Of a stretch of 64,000 bases of DNA, positions 10,186-19,962 are shown in pieces. The notes under the pieces were generated by a model that saw only the letters and a list, made by a program, of their open reading frames with translations, had not been told where the DNA came from and did not search any database. The DNA comes from an uncultured bacterium (GTDB lineage Bacteria; Krumholzibacteriota; Krumholzibacteriia; Krumholzibacteriales; Krumholzibacteriaceae): NCBI GenBank assembly GCA_965371515.1, contig CBDUYR010000009.1:1-64000 (forward strand), read 5' to 3'. How positions within the stretch are numbered: the first letter of the stretch is position 1; the number at the start of each line of letters is the position of its first letter. Both the position numbers and the translations under genes were made by a program.

Positions 10186-11023
10186 TCGGCAGAAGGATCA
10201 GGGCCAGTGCCGCCAGGACGAGACCGGCCGTAGCCACAGGACCGAGCTTTTCCTTCCATAAGGCCAGGGCGAGAAGCATCGACCCGAATATCACGGTAAG
10301 ATTGATGAATGGGAATACTATCGAAGCCGGTACGCCGCGGAGCGCCAGCAGGGTGAATACAGTGCTGAACAGATTGGGCAACCCGAGCAGGAGGCCCAGA
10401 AGGAAAGTCGAGCGGTCGAACGGGACGCGCCTTATGACTATCATCAACCACGAGAATACGGCGGCGGATGTGAACAGAAGCCATGTGAATACAAGCCTCT
10501 CCGAGTCGGGCGACATCTCGCGGAACGCCTTGAGCAGAACATCACCCGTTCCCATGACAACGAACATCGTGACCATCAGCAGCCAGAATCTCTCTCCCGC
10601 CCGATGCTCCCCCTCCGGGGCCTTTATCCCCAGCCCGAAAAGGACGATCGCCGCAGCGCCGGCCGTGAGGCCGACCCACTGGAGCGGTCCCGGATATTCG
10701 TTCCAGAGAAATATCGCGACGACCACCGGCACCGCCACGGAGAGCCGCATGACGGTCACCGGCACGGCAAGCGGTCCCTTGGAGATCCCGGCCATGAGAA
10801 GGAGAAATCCGAGAACGTAGATGATCCCCGTCACCCCACCGAGCACCAGGGTCCCGGCAGATGGCAGCTCGACGCCGCCGCGAAGGATCAGGAAAGCGAA
10901 CACAGAGGCGAAGAGATAATTGGCGCCCGCAAGCAGCAACCTGTCGCCTCCGCGTCTTTCATTTATCTTGAGTATCACCGCTATCGTTATCGAGCATAGC
11001 GCGGCAGGAAGAAGCCAGATCAA
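10181..11023 (-). CDS. EamA/DMT family transporter
   Basis: About 10 hydrophobic segments in two halves; PASIVFP and LWKEKL-type DMT motifs. Confidence 0.85.
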   Translation of the reverse strand: MIWLLPAALCSITIAVILKINERRGGDRLLLAGANYLFASVFAFLILRGGVELPSAGTLVLGGVTGIIYVLGFLLLMAGISKGPLAVPVTVMRLSVAVPVVVAIFLWNEYPGPLQWVGLTAGAAAIVLFGLGIKAPEGEHRAGERFWLLMVTMFVVMGTGDVLLKAFREMSPDSERLVFTWLLFTSAAVFSWLMIVIRRVPFDRSTFLLGLLLGLPNLFSTVFTLLALRGVPASIVFPFINLTVIFGSMLLALALWKEKLGPVATAGLVLAALALILLPM

Positions 11024-12714
11024 TCGTCGCCCTCCACATACTGCCCCACGAACTGTTCCACGAAATACTTCGCCTGAAGGGGCTCGCCCGTGACCTTCTC
11101 GATGTGCTCCGTCCAGGGAACGGTATTCCCCTGCCTGTACACTCTGTCGCGGAAGAACTCTCCCACGGCGAGATTGCCGTAGATACCTCCGTCGGCCGCT
11201 CCTCCCTCGATCATCGTCATGACGTAATGGTGAAGCTGCGATGCGATCAGCTCGCCGAGCATGTAGTTTTGGTAGTAGACGGGGCTCGAGACTATGTGGA
11301 TCTTGGCCGCCCAGTCAGGCTCGTCGCGTCCATCCGGCCGGCGCACGAGCTGGTATCTCTCGACAAGGTCCCACCAGATCGTATTCAGATCGCCTTCCGG
11401 GTCGAGGTAGAGCTCTCTCTCGAACCTGAACATCACCTGAGTCCAGCGGCTGAATATGAGCTGTCTCGCCCTCAGCGACTTCTCGAGTACCGGTGCCAGT
11501 TTTTCGGTCTCATCAGCGCCGAGTTCCAGCGCCGCCCCGATCCACCGTGGATCCTGTGCGAGCCTGCCGAAGTACATCGCCGAAGCTTCCGTCGTTGCGA
11601 GATGCGGATACGACCTGAGCAGCCACGGGAGTTCGCGCTGTATGTACTTGTCGTAAACGGCATGCCCGAGCTCGTGAAGCATCGTTCCCATCCAGTGGAC
11701 ATTGTCTTTTACGTTGCACAACACGCGGATGTCGCCTTCGCGGTCGATATCGGTGCAGAAGGCATGGGGATTCTTGCCGTCCTTTTCGTACAGGTCGGAT
11801 CCTGCGATAACGTCGTCGACCGGCATCCCAATGCTTTCATAGAAATCAGCCGCCAGCGCAACGATGTCCCGCTCCCTGAAATGCCGGTTGAGATCTGCCT
11901 TATCGTCGACCGGCGCTTCCTGGAAGAATGGGTCGGCGTAGTGCCAGGGGCGGATCTCTCCCGGAGCTATTCCGAAACGTTTCGCCAGTCCGCCGTCGAT
12001 CTCTTCCTTGAGCTCCCTGAACGGCTCCGCTGTCAGCTCGTCGAGTTCGTCGAACAGCGCAGCGAGGATCTCCTCGTCCTGCTCTCCGAGCGTGAGCGAC
12101 ATCGAATAATAGTTGTCGAACCCGGCCTCCCGGGCCATCTCGTTGCGAAACCGGACGAGTTCGAGAAGATCGTCGACAACTTCCTTTCCTACAGCCTTGC
12201 CCGCCTCCCAGACTACCCTGCGGTATTCGCCGTCCTCGCTCTCTCGCAACACTGAGTAGACTTCATTCGTTGTCAGCTTCTTCCCGTCGACCGCGGCCCT
12301 GAATACATTGAACCTGTTCTCCACCTTCGCCGAAAGATCGACTATCCTCTCGAGAAGCTGAGGGTCGACCTGATTTCCCAGATATCTCAGATACAGGATA
12401 TCCGCCATTCTCCTGAGCAACAGATCCTTGAGTTTGCCGGAATCGCGGGCATCGCAGACCAACTCGAACGAGGCCTTGTCGGAATAGATCCTCTCCATCT
12501 CGAGCATGATATCGGAGTATTTCCTGAAATCTTCTTCATCCCCGCTGACGGCAGCCTTCCAGTATGCGATCGATCCTTCTTTCTCGAGGGGCGCCACTCT
12601 CTCGACATGCTTCTCGATGAACATTTCGAAATCCATTTCCACATCCTTGCCGCATGAACTGAAAACCGCAGCGGCGGCCAGAATCAGTATTGCTCCCGTA
12701 AACCGGCCCTTCAC
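11020..12714 (-). CDS. M3/M2-like zinc metallopeptidase, lipoprotein
   Basis: Lipobox FSSC; HELGH zinc motif; WHYADPFFQEAP and WAAKIHIV..PVYYQNY segments. Confidence 0.85.
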   Translation of the reverse strand: MKGRFTGAILILAAAAVFSSCGKDVEMDFEMFIEKHVERVAPLEKEGSIAYWKAAVSGDEEDFRKYSDIMLEMERIYSDKASFELVCDARDSGKLKDLLLRRMADILYLRYLGNQVDPQLLERIVDLSAKVENRFNVFRAAVDGKKLTTNEVYSVLRESEDGEYRRVVWEAGKAVGKEVVDDLLELVRFRNEMAREAGFDNYYSMSLTLGEQDEEILAALFDELDELTAEPFRELKEEIDGGLAKRFGIAPGEIRPWHYADPFFQEAPVDDKADLNRHFRERDIVALAADFYESIGMPVDDVIAGSDLYEKDGKNPHAFCTDIDREGDIRVLCNVKDNVHWMGTMLHELGHAVYDKYIQRELPWLLRSYPHLATTEASAMYFGRLAQDPRWIGAALELGADETEKLAPVLEKSLRARQLIFSRWTQVMFRFERELYLDPEGDLNTIWWDLVERYQLVRRPDGRDEPDWAAKIHIVSSPVYYQNYMLGELIASQLHHYVMTMIEGGAADGGIYGNLAVGEFFRDRVYRQGNTVPWTEHIEKVTGEPLQAKYFVEQFVGQYVEGDD

Positions 12715-13127
12715 CGTCGTTCCCCCGACGTGAGGGTGATCCTCCTGCCTTCCACCTCGAGCGACGTTTTCGTGTAGGTGATCTTCGCCGTGATCAGGCC
12801 GCCTTCGAATCTGATGAGGTCTATGCCCCTGCGTTTCTCATTTTTCCCCCCGAAACACTTAGCCGGACCTTCGTAGACCCAGGGAAAGACAACGATCTGC
12901 CTGTCTTCGTCGATGACAACATCCTCGCTGACAAATCGGAATCCGCCCGCCTTGAACCATTCATCCCAGGCCTTCCGGATATTTTCTCTGCCCTTGATCC
13001 TCATCCCCGACCATGTCTCGAATACAGCGTCATCACTGAACAGGGCGACGACCCCATCGAGATCGTAACGGTCCCACGCCGAAAGCCATCCCTCGAGAGC
13101 CGAGGCTATCTCTTCTCTTGTCATCAT
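12711..13127 (-). CDS. NTF2-like/SnoaL domain protein
   Basis: AW...DLDGVVALFSDDAVF...GRENIR pattern. Confidence 0.8.
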   Translation of the reverse strand: MMTREEIASALEGWLSAWDRYDLDGVVALFSDDAVFETWSGMRIKGRENIRKAWDEWFKAGGFRFVSEDVVIDEDRQIVVFPWVYEGPAKCFGGKNEKRRGIDLIRFEGGLITAKITYTKTSLEVEGRRITLTSGERR

Positions 13128-13879
13128 TTCTTCTCCAGAGCTCCGAGTCGCGTCCTCGCCTCATCAGCCCACTCGCTGTCTGAATCGAGTTCGAGATACT
13201 TTCTCCAGGTCCCTTTCGCATTCGATTTCTCGCCCATCTTCTCCTGGGACACGGCGAGAGAATACAGCGACGGCAGGTGACCGGGATCGTCGTCGAGCGC
13301 CCGGCGGAAAGCCCTTGCCGCATTGCTGTAATGGCCCTGGTGAAACCTCGAATTGCCCAGCGCGAAATAATACTCCGCGTTACCAGGCTCTTTCATCACG
13401 AGGTCCTCGAGAACTGTCTCGGCGTTGCTGTGAAGCCCCAGCTTCTGATAGGTAACGGCCATATTGAACGAGGCTTCATGAAGATCGGAGTCCTCCCTGA
13501 GGGCATCCCTGAATTTCTCGACCGCACCGGCGTAATCACCCATGGCGGCGAGATCGAGCCCCTCGTTGTAGATCAACGCCGCGTCGAGCCTCGAATCGAG
13601 TATGTCGAGATCTTCCGGGGACAGAGGGATGCGGATGCCCTTTCCCGCGGGCGGCGAAGCATCCGGGTCCATCCCGTTGAACTGCGCGAGCGCCTCGGCC
13701 CTCACCGCGGAGCCGTAGAAGTCCTCGGAGATCGACGCCCAGCTCTCGCCGGGGATGACCTTGTGAGTGACTATCCTGGCCGTATCTCCCGTACTGACAC
13801 TCTTTCTTCCACCGCCGCACGAAGCCATCGCGGCAGCGAGTATCGAAAGTAATATTGCCGTTCCTACACGGTTCATCAT
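13124..13879 (-). CDS. LysM + TPR lipoprotein
   Basis: Lipobox MASC; HKVIPGESWASISEDFYG...LAQFNGM (LysM) followed by TPRs; ATGA overlap with the larC stop. Confidence 0.8.
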   Translation of the reverse strand: MMNRVGTAILLSILAAAMASCGGGRKSVSTGDTARIVTHKVIPGESWASISEDFYGSAVRAEALAQFNGMDPDASPPAGKGIRIPLSPEDLDILDSRLDAALIYNEGLDLAAMGDYAGAVEKFRDALREDSDLHEASFNMAVTYQKLGLHSNAETVLEDLVMKEPGNAEYYFALGNSRFHQGHYSNAARAFRRALDDDPGHLPSLYSLAVSQEKMGEKSNAKGTWRKYLELDSDSEWADEARTRLGALEKK

Positions 13880-15219
13880 TGTTTTCCGCCCCTTCCCTTC
13901 CCGGCGCCTCCTGCTTTTCCGCGTTTCACATCTTTCCCGGTGATGGAGGCAGCGACGGCGGCATCGAATACCTCTCTCGCTGTCACGTCGTGTTTTTTCG
14001 CGGCATTCCTGCACGATTCGTATTCGGGCGCTGTTTTGACGCCGCCCCCCGGAAGAACGGCGCGCTTCACCGCTATCCGGCCGAACGGGGTATCAACGTG
14101 AGCGGCGGAGCGTTTCAGCTCCATGCGTTCTTCGTACCCGATCCTCACGCCTATTGTGGTAGTCTCCTCGAAGATCGTTCCGACAAGGCTGTCGGCCAAC
14201 CCTGGCTGGCACAACACGGTGAGCAGTACGCCGGGCCGGTTCTTCTTCATCGCGACGGGCGATGTGAAGACGTCGAGCGCCCCCTCCTCGAACAGCTTCT
14301 CCTGGACGTATCCGAAGAGCTCGGGCGTCATATCATCGATAGTCGTCCTGATGACGGTTACAAGTCCTCGTGGGTCGTCCTTTCCTCTGCTCGATCCAGA
14401 ATCAGAAGAGGTGTCCGGCCCGGAGCAGGCGGCAGCGCGGAGCATCCCCGGCTCGCCCCCCTTCTCACGGGTTCCTGCAGCGTATACGACCCTGTCTACC
14501 CTGAACGGTCTGTTGGCCGGCAATTCATCGGCAAGCGCTACGGCAAGCGCCGCTCCGGTGGGAGTCACGACCTCCCCCTCGATCGTGCCGAACGAGACTG
14601 TCCTGGATTTCAGTACCTCGAGCGTAGCCGGCGCGGGGAGAGGCAGTGTTCCGTGAGAGAAGTTGATCGTCCCGCTTCCGAGGATGAACGGCCTGTGATA
14701 GAGCTTCGGGAACCCGAGCAGCGACAAGGCCACTACCGTCCCGACAATATCGACAATCGAGTCGACCGCGCCGACCTCGTGGAAATGCACCTGGTCAGCC
14801 GGGACACCGTGTATCTTACCCTCCGCCTCTCCAAGCACGGTGAACGTCCTCGAAGCTGCTTCCTTCTCTTCCCTGCCGAGTTTGGACCGTCTTATCATGG
14901 AGAGGATGGACTTCAGGTCCCTCGGCTTAGCCCTGTCGGGACAGATGACCCTCGCCCTGACCGCCGTCACTCCCCTTCGCTTGACCCTTCCTGCGACGAT
15001 GCGGAATCTCTCGAGACCCGGCAGCGTGGCGACCCGTTTCTGGACCTGGCGCCTGTCAGCACCCAGTGCGAAGAGGCACCCGAGAAACATGTCGCCGCTG
15101 AGGCCGGCAGAGGGATCCAGCACTATCGTATCGATCGTATTACCAGCTCTGCTCGCGTTGTCCGCATTTTTCGCTCGCCTGGTGCTTTTTGAACTTCCTG
15201 TATTATAAGATTTCGGCAA
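13876..15219 (-). CDS. larC: Nickel pincer cofactor biosynthesis protein LarC
   Basis: GLSGDMFLG, VHFHEVGAVDSIVDIVG, LPLPAPATLE, TPTGAA, TIDDMTPE, MKKNRPG and APEYE motifs; TTG start follows GGGAGG. Confidence 0.92.
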   Translation of the reverse strand: MPKSYNTGSSKSTRRAKNADNASRAGNTIDTIVLDPSAGLSGDMFLGCLFALGADRRQVQKRVATLPGLERFRIVAGRVKRRGVTAVRARVICPDRAKPRDLKSILSMIRRSKLGREEKEAASRTFTVLGEAEGKIHGVPADQVHFHEVGAVDSIVDIVGTVVALSLLGFPKLYHRPFILGSGTINFSHGTLPLPAPATLEVLKSRTVSFGTIEGEVVTPTGAALAVALADELPANRPFRVDRVVYAAGTREKGGEPGMLRAAACSGPDTSSDSGSSRGKDDPRGLVTVIRTTIDDMTPELFGYVQEKLFEEGALDVFTSPVAMKKNRPGVLLTVLCQPGLADSLVGTIFEETTTIGVRIGYEERMELKRSAAHVDTPFGRIAVKRAVLPGGGVKTAPEYESCRNAAKKHDVTAREVFDAAVAASITGKDVKRGKAGGAGKGRGGKQ

Positions 15220-15271
15220 TGCATCCTCCCGGCGCCTCACGGCTGGAAACTGCCGCGGGCCTGGAAACTTC

Positions 15272-16030
15272 TCATTTGTCCGGATATATCTTTCGGCAGA
15301 TGACCGCGGCGGCGTAGGCGGCGCCGAACCCGTTGTCGATGTTGACGACTGTGACTCCCCCGGCACAGCTGTTGAGCATCGCCAGAAGCGCAGCGAGCCC
15401 GCCGAAGCTCGCCCCGTAACCAATGCTCGTGGGAACTGCTATGACAGGAGCGGCGGCCATCCCCGCGACGACACTGGCGAGGGCGCCCTCCATACCAGCC
15501 ACTACGATGATGACATCGGCCTCCCTGATCTCCTCCCAGGACGAAAGGAGCCTGTGGAGCCCGGCCACCCCGACATCGTAGAACCTCCCCACCCTGCACC
15601 CCAGATACTGCGCAGTCAGGGCCGCCTCTTCGGAGACCAACCAGTCGGAGGTCCCTCCGGCGACGACGGCGACAAAACCCTTCTCTTCCGTATGTGACTG
15701 CCTGACGGCGAACAGCCTGCCCTCCTCATGATAGACGGCACCCTCGATCGAGCCGGATATCGCCGCGAACTGCTCAGGCACGCACCTGGTCGCGAGCAGG
15801 TCGGAGCCGTGCTCCAGGATCCTCGTCGCTATGCCCGTTATCTGCTCCGGCGTCTTGCCCTGGCAGAATATCACCTCGGGAAATCCGCGCCTCAGCTCCC
15901 TGTGATGATCGATCCGGGCATACCCGGTATCCTCGAAGGGCAGCGTCCTGAGGCGTTCGACCGCCTCGTCAACACCGGTCTTTCCGCCGGCCACATCGTC
16001 CAGGAGTCTCTTCAGGCTGTCCCTGTCCAT
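15272..16030 (-). CDS. larB: Nickel pincer cofactor biosynthesis protein LarB
   Basis: RIDHHRELRRGFPEVIF, DVGVAGLHRLL, VAGMEGALASV, VPTSIGYG and VVNIDNGFGAA motifs. Confidence 0.95.
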   Translation of the reverse strand: MDRDSLKRLLDDVAGGKTGVDEAVERLRTLPFEDTGYARIDHHRELRRGFPEVIFCQGKTPEQITGIATRILEHGSDLLATRCVPEQFAAISGSIEGAVYHEEGRLFAVRQSHTEEKGFVAVVAGGTSDWLVSEEAALTAQYLGCRVGRFYDVGVAGLHRLLSSWEEIREADVIIVVAGMEGALASVVAGMAAAPVIAVPTSIGYGASFGGLAALLAMLNSCAGGVTVVNIDNGFGAAYAAAVICRKIYPDK

Positions 16031-17013
16031 TTCTTATCCATATCCTCTCTGAGTTCGCATATTATCTCAGTCGTTTCGGCCATCGATTCAGCGGTGGAAA
16101 GCCTGATGCGGTAATCCTTCATATCGGGCAGCCCCCTGAGGAACCACCTGTACTGTTTGCGCATTTCGACCACGGCCCGTCTCTCGCCCTTCCATTCCTC
16201 CTCCATGCGGGCCAACCGGATCATCGCACCGATCTTTTCCGCCACACCGGGACCGGTCCACGGCCGTCCCTCGAGAGCCGCCTTTATCTCACTGAATACC
16301 CAGGGGCGCCCGAATGCAGCCCTGCCTATCATAACAGTTTCGCAACCTGTTATCTCGACAATTTTCAGGTAATCGTCCGCTCCCCGCACGTCGCCGCTCG
16401 CCACCACATCTATCGACAGCGTCTCGCGGAGCCTCGCGAGGTGCGTCCAGTCAGCCTCGCCCGAGAATCCCTGCGTGCGGTACCTCGGATGGAGCGTCAC
16501 TGCCGCGATCCCCGCATCTTCCACCGTCTTCCCCGCCTCGACGAAGTTCTCCTCGGCCGGACTCCATCCGCTGCGAATCTTTACCGTCACGGGAACGGCC
16601 GACGCCGAGACGACAGCCTTGCAGATCCGGCCCATCAAGTCGAGGTCGCGCATTATCGCCGCCCCGCCGTTTCGTTTTATCACTTTCTTTACGGGACACC
16701 CGAAGTTGAGATCGATAAACGCAGGCTCCGTCCGCGAGACGATCGCCGCCGCCTCGGCAAAAGCCGCGGGATCCGAACCGAAGAGCTGGACTCCCACCGG
16801 CCCTTCGCCTGGAAGCCGTTCGATCAGGCGTGCCGTCTTCTCGCCCCCGCGTATCAGCCCGTCGGCGCTGACCATCTCGGTAACGGTAAAATCTGCGCCG
16901 TACCCGAAGCAGAGCAGCCGGAACGGCGGATCCGACCAGCCGGCCAGCGGGGCGAGCCCCACGGTGGTCCCGGCAAAGGGAGAATGCTTGCGTTCGGGAG
17001 GATTATCAGTCAT
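16012..17013 (-). CDS. dusB: tRNA-dihydrouridine synthase (DusB-like)
   Basis: LAPLAG, TEMVS, QLFG, IDLNFGCP, VTVKIRSG and MIGRAA.GRPW motifs. Confidence 0.9.
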   Translation of the reverse strand: MTDNPPERKHSPFAGTTVGLAPLAGWSDPPFRLLCFGYGADFTVTEMVSADGLIRGGEKTARLIERLPGEGPVGVQLFGSDPAAFAEAAAIVSRTEPAFIDLNFGCPVKKVIKRNGGAAIMRDLDLMGRICKAVVSASAVPVTVKIRSGWSPAEENFVEAGKTVEDAGIAAVTLHPRYRTQGFSGEADWTHLARLRETLSIDVVASGDVRGADDYLKIVEITGCETVMIGRAAFGRPWVFSEIKAALEGRPWTGPGVAEKIGAMIRLARMEEEWKGERRAVVEMRKQYRWFLRGLPDMKDYRIRLSTAESMAETTEIICELREDMDKKWTGTA

Positions 17014-17018
17014 GGGGC

Positions 17019-17057
17019 GGCTCCCGTCAAAGGCTCCCGTCAAAGGCTCCCGTCAGA
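17019..17057. repeat. 13-bp tandem repeat x3 at a gene junction
   Basis: GGCTCCCGTCAAA x2 plus GGCTCCCGTCAGA; the third copy contains the stop codon of the upstream gene. Confidence 0.9.
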
Positions 17058-17886
17058 GGCTGTGCGGCACGAGATAAAGGGCCAGGCTGAGGACCGAAGT
17101 GATGATGACGGCGACGGCGAAGATGCCCGGACGCACTGCGTCGCTTCCCGTCCTCCTGCCCACGAAGCTCTTCCACGAGAGAACCGCGATGATGAGCCAG
17201 AATATGGCGATCAGCTGCGTCTTGTTGTCGGTGATGTCGTACCCGAAGGGAAAGCCTTCCCAGAACATGCCGAATCTCTGCCAGTTGAGGGCGAACCCGA
17301 GCGGCCACCCGCCGAGGAAGGTAAAGAGCAGGACCCACCTCGCCTGCGCCACAGTGAATTCCTTCTCCTCACCCATGAAGAGCATCGCAAACGCGCCGAG
17401 CAGCGCTTCGATAATGAAAAAGAAAGCGGCAAACATGCAGAGGATATGCAGGACGAGAACAGTAACCGATACTTCGCCCTTGTATTTGATCAGATAATTC
17501 CCTGTCTCAGAAGAAGCGCTTGATACACCAGCGTCGGATATTTCTTCATGCAATATCCGGAACCCGTACTCGATCCTGCTGCCCTTCTCCTTCCCGGGAA
17601 GCCTTGCCGCCCAGATCCCCTCCGAGATCTCCGACATCCGAATCGTCTCGAACACCTTCTCCCCCGGACTACGGTAGCGGACGACGGCGTCTATCTCCAC
17701 GGGCGGAGTGACACTCAGTATGATCTCGGGCTGACCGGGGCCGACATGTTCGAATACAGTCGTATGGGCTATGTGCACCTCGCCGAAGGTCACATCCGTT
17801 TCGAAAGGCCTGTTTTTCGACATTCTCCTGGCAACGACGAATATGAGCAGTGTTATAAGTATTCCGACAAGTACCCGTTTTCTCAT
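17053..17886 (-). CDS. Hypothetical membrane protein
   Basis: N-terminal anchor, soluble domain, then about 4 TM helices with W.GFPFG.DITDNKT; GGAGG RBS. Confidence 0.75.
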   Translation of the reverse strand: MRKRVLVGILITLLIFVVARRMSKNRPFETDVTFGEVHIAHTTVFEHVGPGQPEIILSVTPPVEIDAVVRYRSPGEKVFETIRMSEISEGIWAARLPGKEKGSRIEYGFRILHEEISDAGVSSASSETGNYLIKYKGEVSVTVLVLHILCMFAAFFFIIEALLGAFAMLFMGEEKEFTVAQARWVLLFTFLGGWPLGFALNWQRFGMFWEGFPFGYDITDNKTQLIAIFWLIIAVLSWKSFVGRRTGSDAVRPGIFAVAVIITSVLSLALYLVPHSL

Positions 17887-17955
17887 CGACGACCTCCATT
17901 GCGTTTCGATATGAAAGATAATACATTATCGATTATGTACGGTTCAAAGGTTTTC

Positions 17956-18786
17956 ATGGTGGATACCATAGTTCCCGGGGACGGGCTGCCGGTCCCAGTC
18001 GACGTCAGAACCGCCTTCAGGGACACTGAGAGGCCCGTTATCGTCGTCTGCCCCGGATTTCTCGCCTACAGGAGATGGGGATTCTTTCCCTGGGTATCGG
18101 AACACCTCGCCGCGGCCGGATTCCATGTCGTGACGATCAGTTTCTCTCACAGCGGCACCGACGACGGGACAGGGATGATCACCAGGCCCGTCGAATTCGC
18201 CTCGAACAAGGTATCGATCGAGCTCTCGGACCTCGAACGGGTCCTGCGCTGGATCGATTCTGGCGGCTTCCCCTTTCCCACAGCTTCGTCGAGGGGCCTC
18301 TTCGGCCACAGCAGGGGCGGATCGGTCTGCGTACTCGCCGCGCAGTCGTTTCCGGAAGTCAGGTCGATCGTCATCTGGTCGACACCGTCGAGGCTCGACC
18401 GGTACACCGACCGACGAAAAGAGGAATGGAAAAGGACCGGCGCTCTCGAATTCTCCGACAGCCGCTCACCCGTGCCGCTTCGGCTCGACTACTCGTACTA
18501 CGAGGACATCGAAGCGAACCGGGAGAGGTACGATCTCCCAAGAGCCGCCGCCGGGCTCGATATCCCCCTCCTCGTGGTACACGGGGAACGGGACGCGGCC
18601 GTGTCCATAAACGAGGCGAAGGCGTTCTTCAAACTGCCCGGCAGGAGCAAGCGGAGACTCGAAACGATAAAGGGATGCGGGCATACATTCGGGATCACGC
18701 ACCCCATGGCCGAACCGACGCCCGCACTCGAAAGAGCCGTATCGCGGACGGTCGAATGGTTTGCCTCGACCGTCAGTGTAGATTAG
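17956..18786 (+). CDS. Alpha/beta hydrolase
   Basis: GHSRGG nucleophile motif, LVVHGERD and GHTFG. Start is uncertain (17911, 17935 or 17956). Confidence 0.8.
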   Translation: MVDTIVPGDGLPVPVDVRTAFRDTERPVIVVCPGFLAYRRWGFFPWVSEHLAAAGFHVVTISFSHSGTDDGTGMITRPVEFASNKVSIELSDLERVLRWIDSGGFPFPTASSRGLFGHSRGGSVCVLAAQSFPEVRSIVIWSTPSRLDRYTDRRKEEWKRTGALEFSDSRSPVPLRLDYSYYEDIEANRERYDLPRAAAGLDIPLLVVHGERDAAVSINEAKAFFKLPGRSKRRLETIKGCGHTFGITHPMAEPTPALERAVSRTVEWFASTVSVD

Positions 18787-18872
18787 TATACAAATGACCG
18801 CGCTGACCGGCGCGCGGCCGATGTGATGTGATCTGCAGCGATCCTTGAAACGACTGAGTCCCTGGAGGAGAG

Positions 18873-19271
18873 ATGTCCGTTAAAGGAAGAAACGCTATTA
18901 TCGTCGGGGCGGCTGTCGTCGTCATCGTGGCGCTCGTGGCCGGAAGGGGATGGATCTCCTCGAGGTCGTACTACAGGGCCGCCGACAGGCTGTCCTCATC
19001 CATGCCCGCCGACCTGCAGGCCAAGTACGGCGAGGAACTGAAGTACACGATCGACAAGTTCTGGAACTGCTACGAGGAAGACATCTGCTCGCGAAACGAC
19101 ATGACCGACGTGATGGACGAAATGAAGCGCCTCACTTCAGGAGGCGAGATCACCGACAGCGATATATTCAAATTCATCGGGTTCGTCAGCCGCCTCTATA
19201 CCGACCGGCTGGATAAATATCACAGGGCAGACATTCGCAGGATGGAAGAGAAGAATCGGCAGAATCAGTAG
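18873..19271 (+). CDS. Hypothetical membrane-anchored protein
   Basis: GGAGG RBS and an N-terminal TM helix. Confidence 0.7.
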   Translation: MSVKGRNAIIVGAAVVVIVALVAGRGWISSRSYYRAADRLSSSMPADLQAKYGEELKYTIDKFWNCYEEDICSRNDMTDVMDEMKRLTSGGEITDSDIFKFIGFVSRLYTDRLDKYHRADIRRMEEKNRQNQ

Positions 19272-19290
19272 CGTGTGAATACCTGTATGA

Positions 19291-19962
19291 TCAATCGGAC
19301 AGGTAGAGCCTCGACATCATCTCGCGTTCTACGTCGCGGAAATTCTTGAAGCGGATGCAGTCTATCTTCTCGCGCTCGCAGTGGTCGAGCAGGTCCCCTT
19401 TGGCAAACACCATGTCGGCGTGCTCCGACGGACACCTGTCACTGTACCCGTTACCGATGTATACGGTGAAGTATCCCTCGCCGCGCAGTTTATCCACATG
19501 CGCTTTCTTGCAGTTCGCGCACATGTCGCAGAGCTCGGGTATGTACCAGGGGAATTCCACCCCGGTGATCCTGTCCCCGTCGGTGACGAGATGATTGGAT
19601 TTATATTCGATGAATCCGTATCCGTATCTCATCAGGATCGAGTCGATATAGTAATCGAGCCCGTCGCTGAGGATCATCAGCTCGAACTTGCGTCTGTTGC
19701 AGAAATCGACGAAATCCTTGAAGAAGGAATCGAGAGGCTCGTTCTCGATGAAGGCATCGAGGTCACTGAGGCCCGCCTGCATCCAAGTGACCTCCTTCTC
19801 GAGGCACTCGCGGGAGCTGATCAGACCGATCTTCCACTTCTCGAGGAGTTCCTCGTGGGCTTTTCGATCGGGAATGAACTTCTCGAAGAAATGCTGCCCG
19901 ACATCCCGAAGCGTGATCGTACCGTCAAAATCGCTGACTATGGCGATCCGTTTGCTCTTCAA
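19291..19962 (-). CDS. HAD-IB phosphatase, MtnX-like
   Basis: SDFDGTIT, ILSDG, C..C.NCKK, YIGNGYSD and VFAKG motifs. Confidence 0.85.
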   Translation of the reverse strand: MKSKRIAIVSDFDGTITLRDVGQHFFEKFIPDRKAHEELLEKWKIGLISSRECLEKEVTWMQAGLSDLDAFIENEPLDSFFKDFVDFCNRRKFELMILSDGLDYYIDSILMRYGYGFIEYKSNHLVTDGDRITGVEFPWYIPELCDMCANCKKAHVDKLRGEGYFTVYIGNGYSDRCPSEHADMVFAKGDLLDHCEREKIDCIRFKNFRDVEREMMSRLYLSD

